A stretch of DNA of 62,672 nucleotides, counting the filler, from Globobulimina sp. (lineage: Eukaryota), in assembly GCA_003354225.1 (NCBI GenBank). It is 41 parts of 41 records of this genome, joined end to end, with 100 filler letters (N's around TTAATTAATTAA, not from the genome) between each part and the next. Parts side by side here need not be neighbours in the genome. Positions count along the whole stretch, not along the records: positions 61,243 to 62,672 come from PIVH01016810.1; 40 more parts are not named here. One strand, 5' to 3'. This document shows positions 61,295 through 62,672 of the stretch, piece after piece (the stretch's first letter is position 1; the number at the start of each line of letters is the position of its first letter). A program made the position numbers and the translations under genes. Below the pieces are notes generated by a model. It had not been told where the DNA came from, did not search any database, and saw nothing but the letters and a program-made list of their open reading frames with translations.

Positions 61295-62672
61295 TTATCT
61301 TGTGACGAATCCCATTCTCCGTTTAATTTCCTTTGAATATAATGCTCTTTCTCGTTGTGAACCATTTAAAATGTCTGAATTTTCCTCAAATCTACGCAAT
61401 AAAAATGGCCATACATCTTGAAAAGAACCATACGGCATCAATTTCAATGCATTATACCCAGTATAGCCCAACGAATATGTTAAATTATCCACCATACCAT
61501 TTAATTGTGCGGTATATACAAATGGGTCATCTCTTTCTATCCCCAATCTCTTCATGATCTCGGTCGTATTCTGCAATGATTGGCGATTATGTGTACACAC
61601 TGCAATCCCTATATTGCCATAATATTTCACCATCTCTCCCATCACATATTCTACTGCTAAGTCGAAACTTTCATCTGTATCTTCCTATGTAACCACACAC
61701 ACAAACACAGTCGACATGACATGATCAAGATGTCACTCAAAAAAAAAACTTAGCTCACAATGCCTAGCTCAGTAAGAAAAACATGACAAACAAAACAAAA
61801 TACCTTTCTTCTTTGAATAGGGTTACGTCGATTTTCCTTTTTAGCCAAAGCACTTTCATGCTCCAAATACGCACCGCGCACCAACTTAACACCACATTGA
61901 TATCCATTTTGCTTTGCATGCTCGATGTCAAACTCAATCCAATCACGTGCTTGTTTTAAATAACATTGATACGTATTATACAAATAAATCCTATCCCCGC
62001 CACGCGGATTAATAATTTGCATCAATCTGCGCGACAAATAATTCATTCCATTTTGCCGATTATATTGTTCAGCGTCTAACCACACTCCGATGCCTCGCTC
62101 CTTTGCATATGAACAGATGTCGGATAATGTGGCTATTGTCACATCTAATTCTGCCAATTGTTGCTCTGTCATATATGGTGTGGGATCTCTATCGACTCCG
62201 CAATCTTTGCTGCTTAATATGACAGTTAACTCTTCCAATAATGTCGGCGATGCGACAGAAGTCATTTTAATAGACATAAATGTCACCGATTTGCCCAATG
62301 ATTCATAGGATACATCAACTAATTGTTTTTTCGATGCCGTATTCTTGGCAAATACCTCTCGTGAATCCCCTTCTTCTGTGCTATTGTCAATGATTAAACG
62401 CAAGTTGTTATCCGAGTATTTCTTGGATAATGCCATGCATTCCTCGATGCTCTCACCGCCTGTAAACAATGGAAAGTATTGCTTGCGAACTATATACGTC
62501 AACGGTAAAGATATTATATTGCGCATTATGTCTAATATGGCGGATATCGCCGTCATTCCTGGGATATTGTAGGCATTGATAAAATTGCTTTGTTCATCTC
62601 TGGGGATCAATATTTTCATCATGATGCGGGTCAAGGGTTTGATAGATAACATGGAAAACATTAAATTGTATT
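61295..62672 (-). CDS. PRODH: Proline dehydrogenase; 119-nt intron 61685-61803; 5' partial
   Basis: FTGGES, SIKMT, LDAEQ, NTYQCYLK, GVKLVRGAY, THN, AQLNGM, PYG...LLRR..EN; splicing joins the two ORFs in frame. Confidence 0.92.

Noticed and set aside
61685-61803. Longer PRODH intron as another structured element
   Set aside because: Only a 6-bp hairpin plus T and GT runs; no terminal pairing
1-62672. Genome-wide stop-codon reassignment
   Set aside because: Conserved genes (ECM29, PRODH, ACAD, RTs) contain no internal stops, and TAA, TAG and TGA all terminate recognisable genes

Overview
This window is not one locus. It is 41 unrelated short contigs (1430-1433 bp, sorted by length) joined by artificial 100-nt spacers (N44-TTAATTAATTAA-N44), so gene neighbourhoods across spacers mean nothing. 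Most contigs come from an AT-rich unicellular eukaryote with tiny GT-AG introns (about 50-70 nt). The many SAM domains, Asn-rich tracts and PT-repeat surface proteins suggest a foraminiferan or other rhizarian, which is inference only. Recognisable genes include NRT2, ECM29, ADPRM, PRODH, an acyl-CoA dehydrogenase, a class C GPCR, a SAM-Rab fusion and three LINE fragments. Three contigs carry bacterial fragments (rpsA, GH65, hexapeptide acetyltransferase) joined mid-gene to eukaryote-like DNA, typical of whole-genome-amplification chimeras. The most notable signals are: (1) a Polinton/Maverick-type protein-primed DNA polymerase split by at least five host-sized introns, including an apparent U2-type AT-AC intron inside motif B and a probable GC-AG intron; (2) two unusually long introns that fold strongly, one with terminal inverted repeats and a TTAAG junction duplication (Introner-like); (3) a 54-bp direct repeat bracketing an intronless SAM-Rab gene; (4) a roughly 40-bp non-coding motif shared by two unrelated contigs; (5) several long reading frames broken only by isolated stops explicable by C>T changes.
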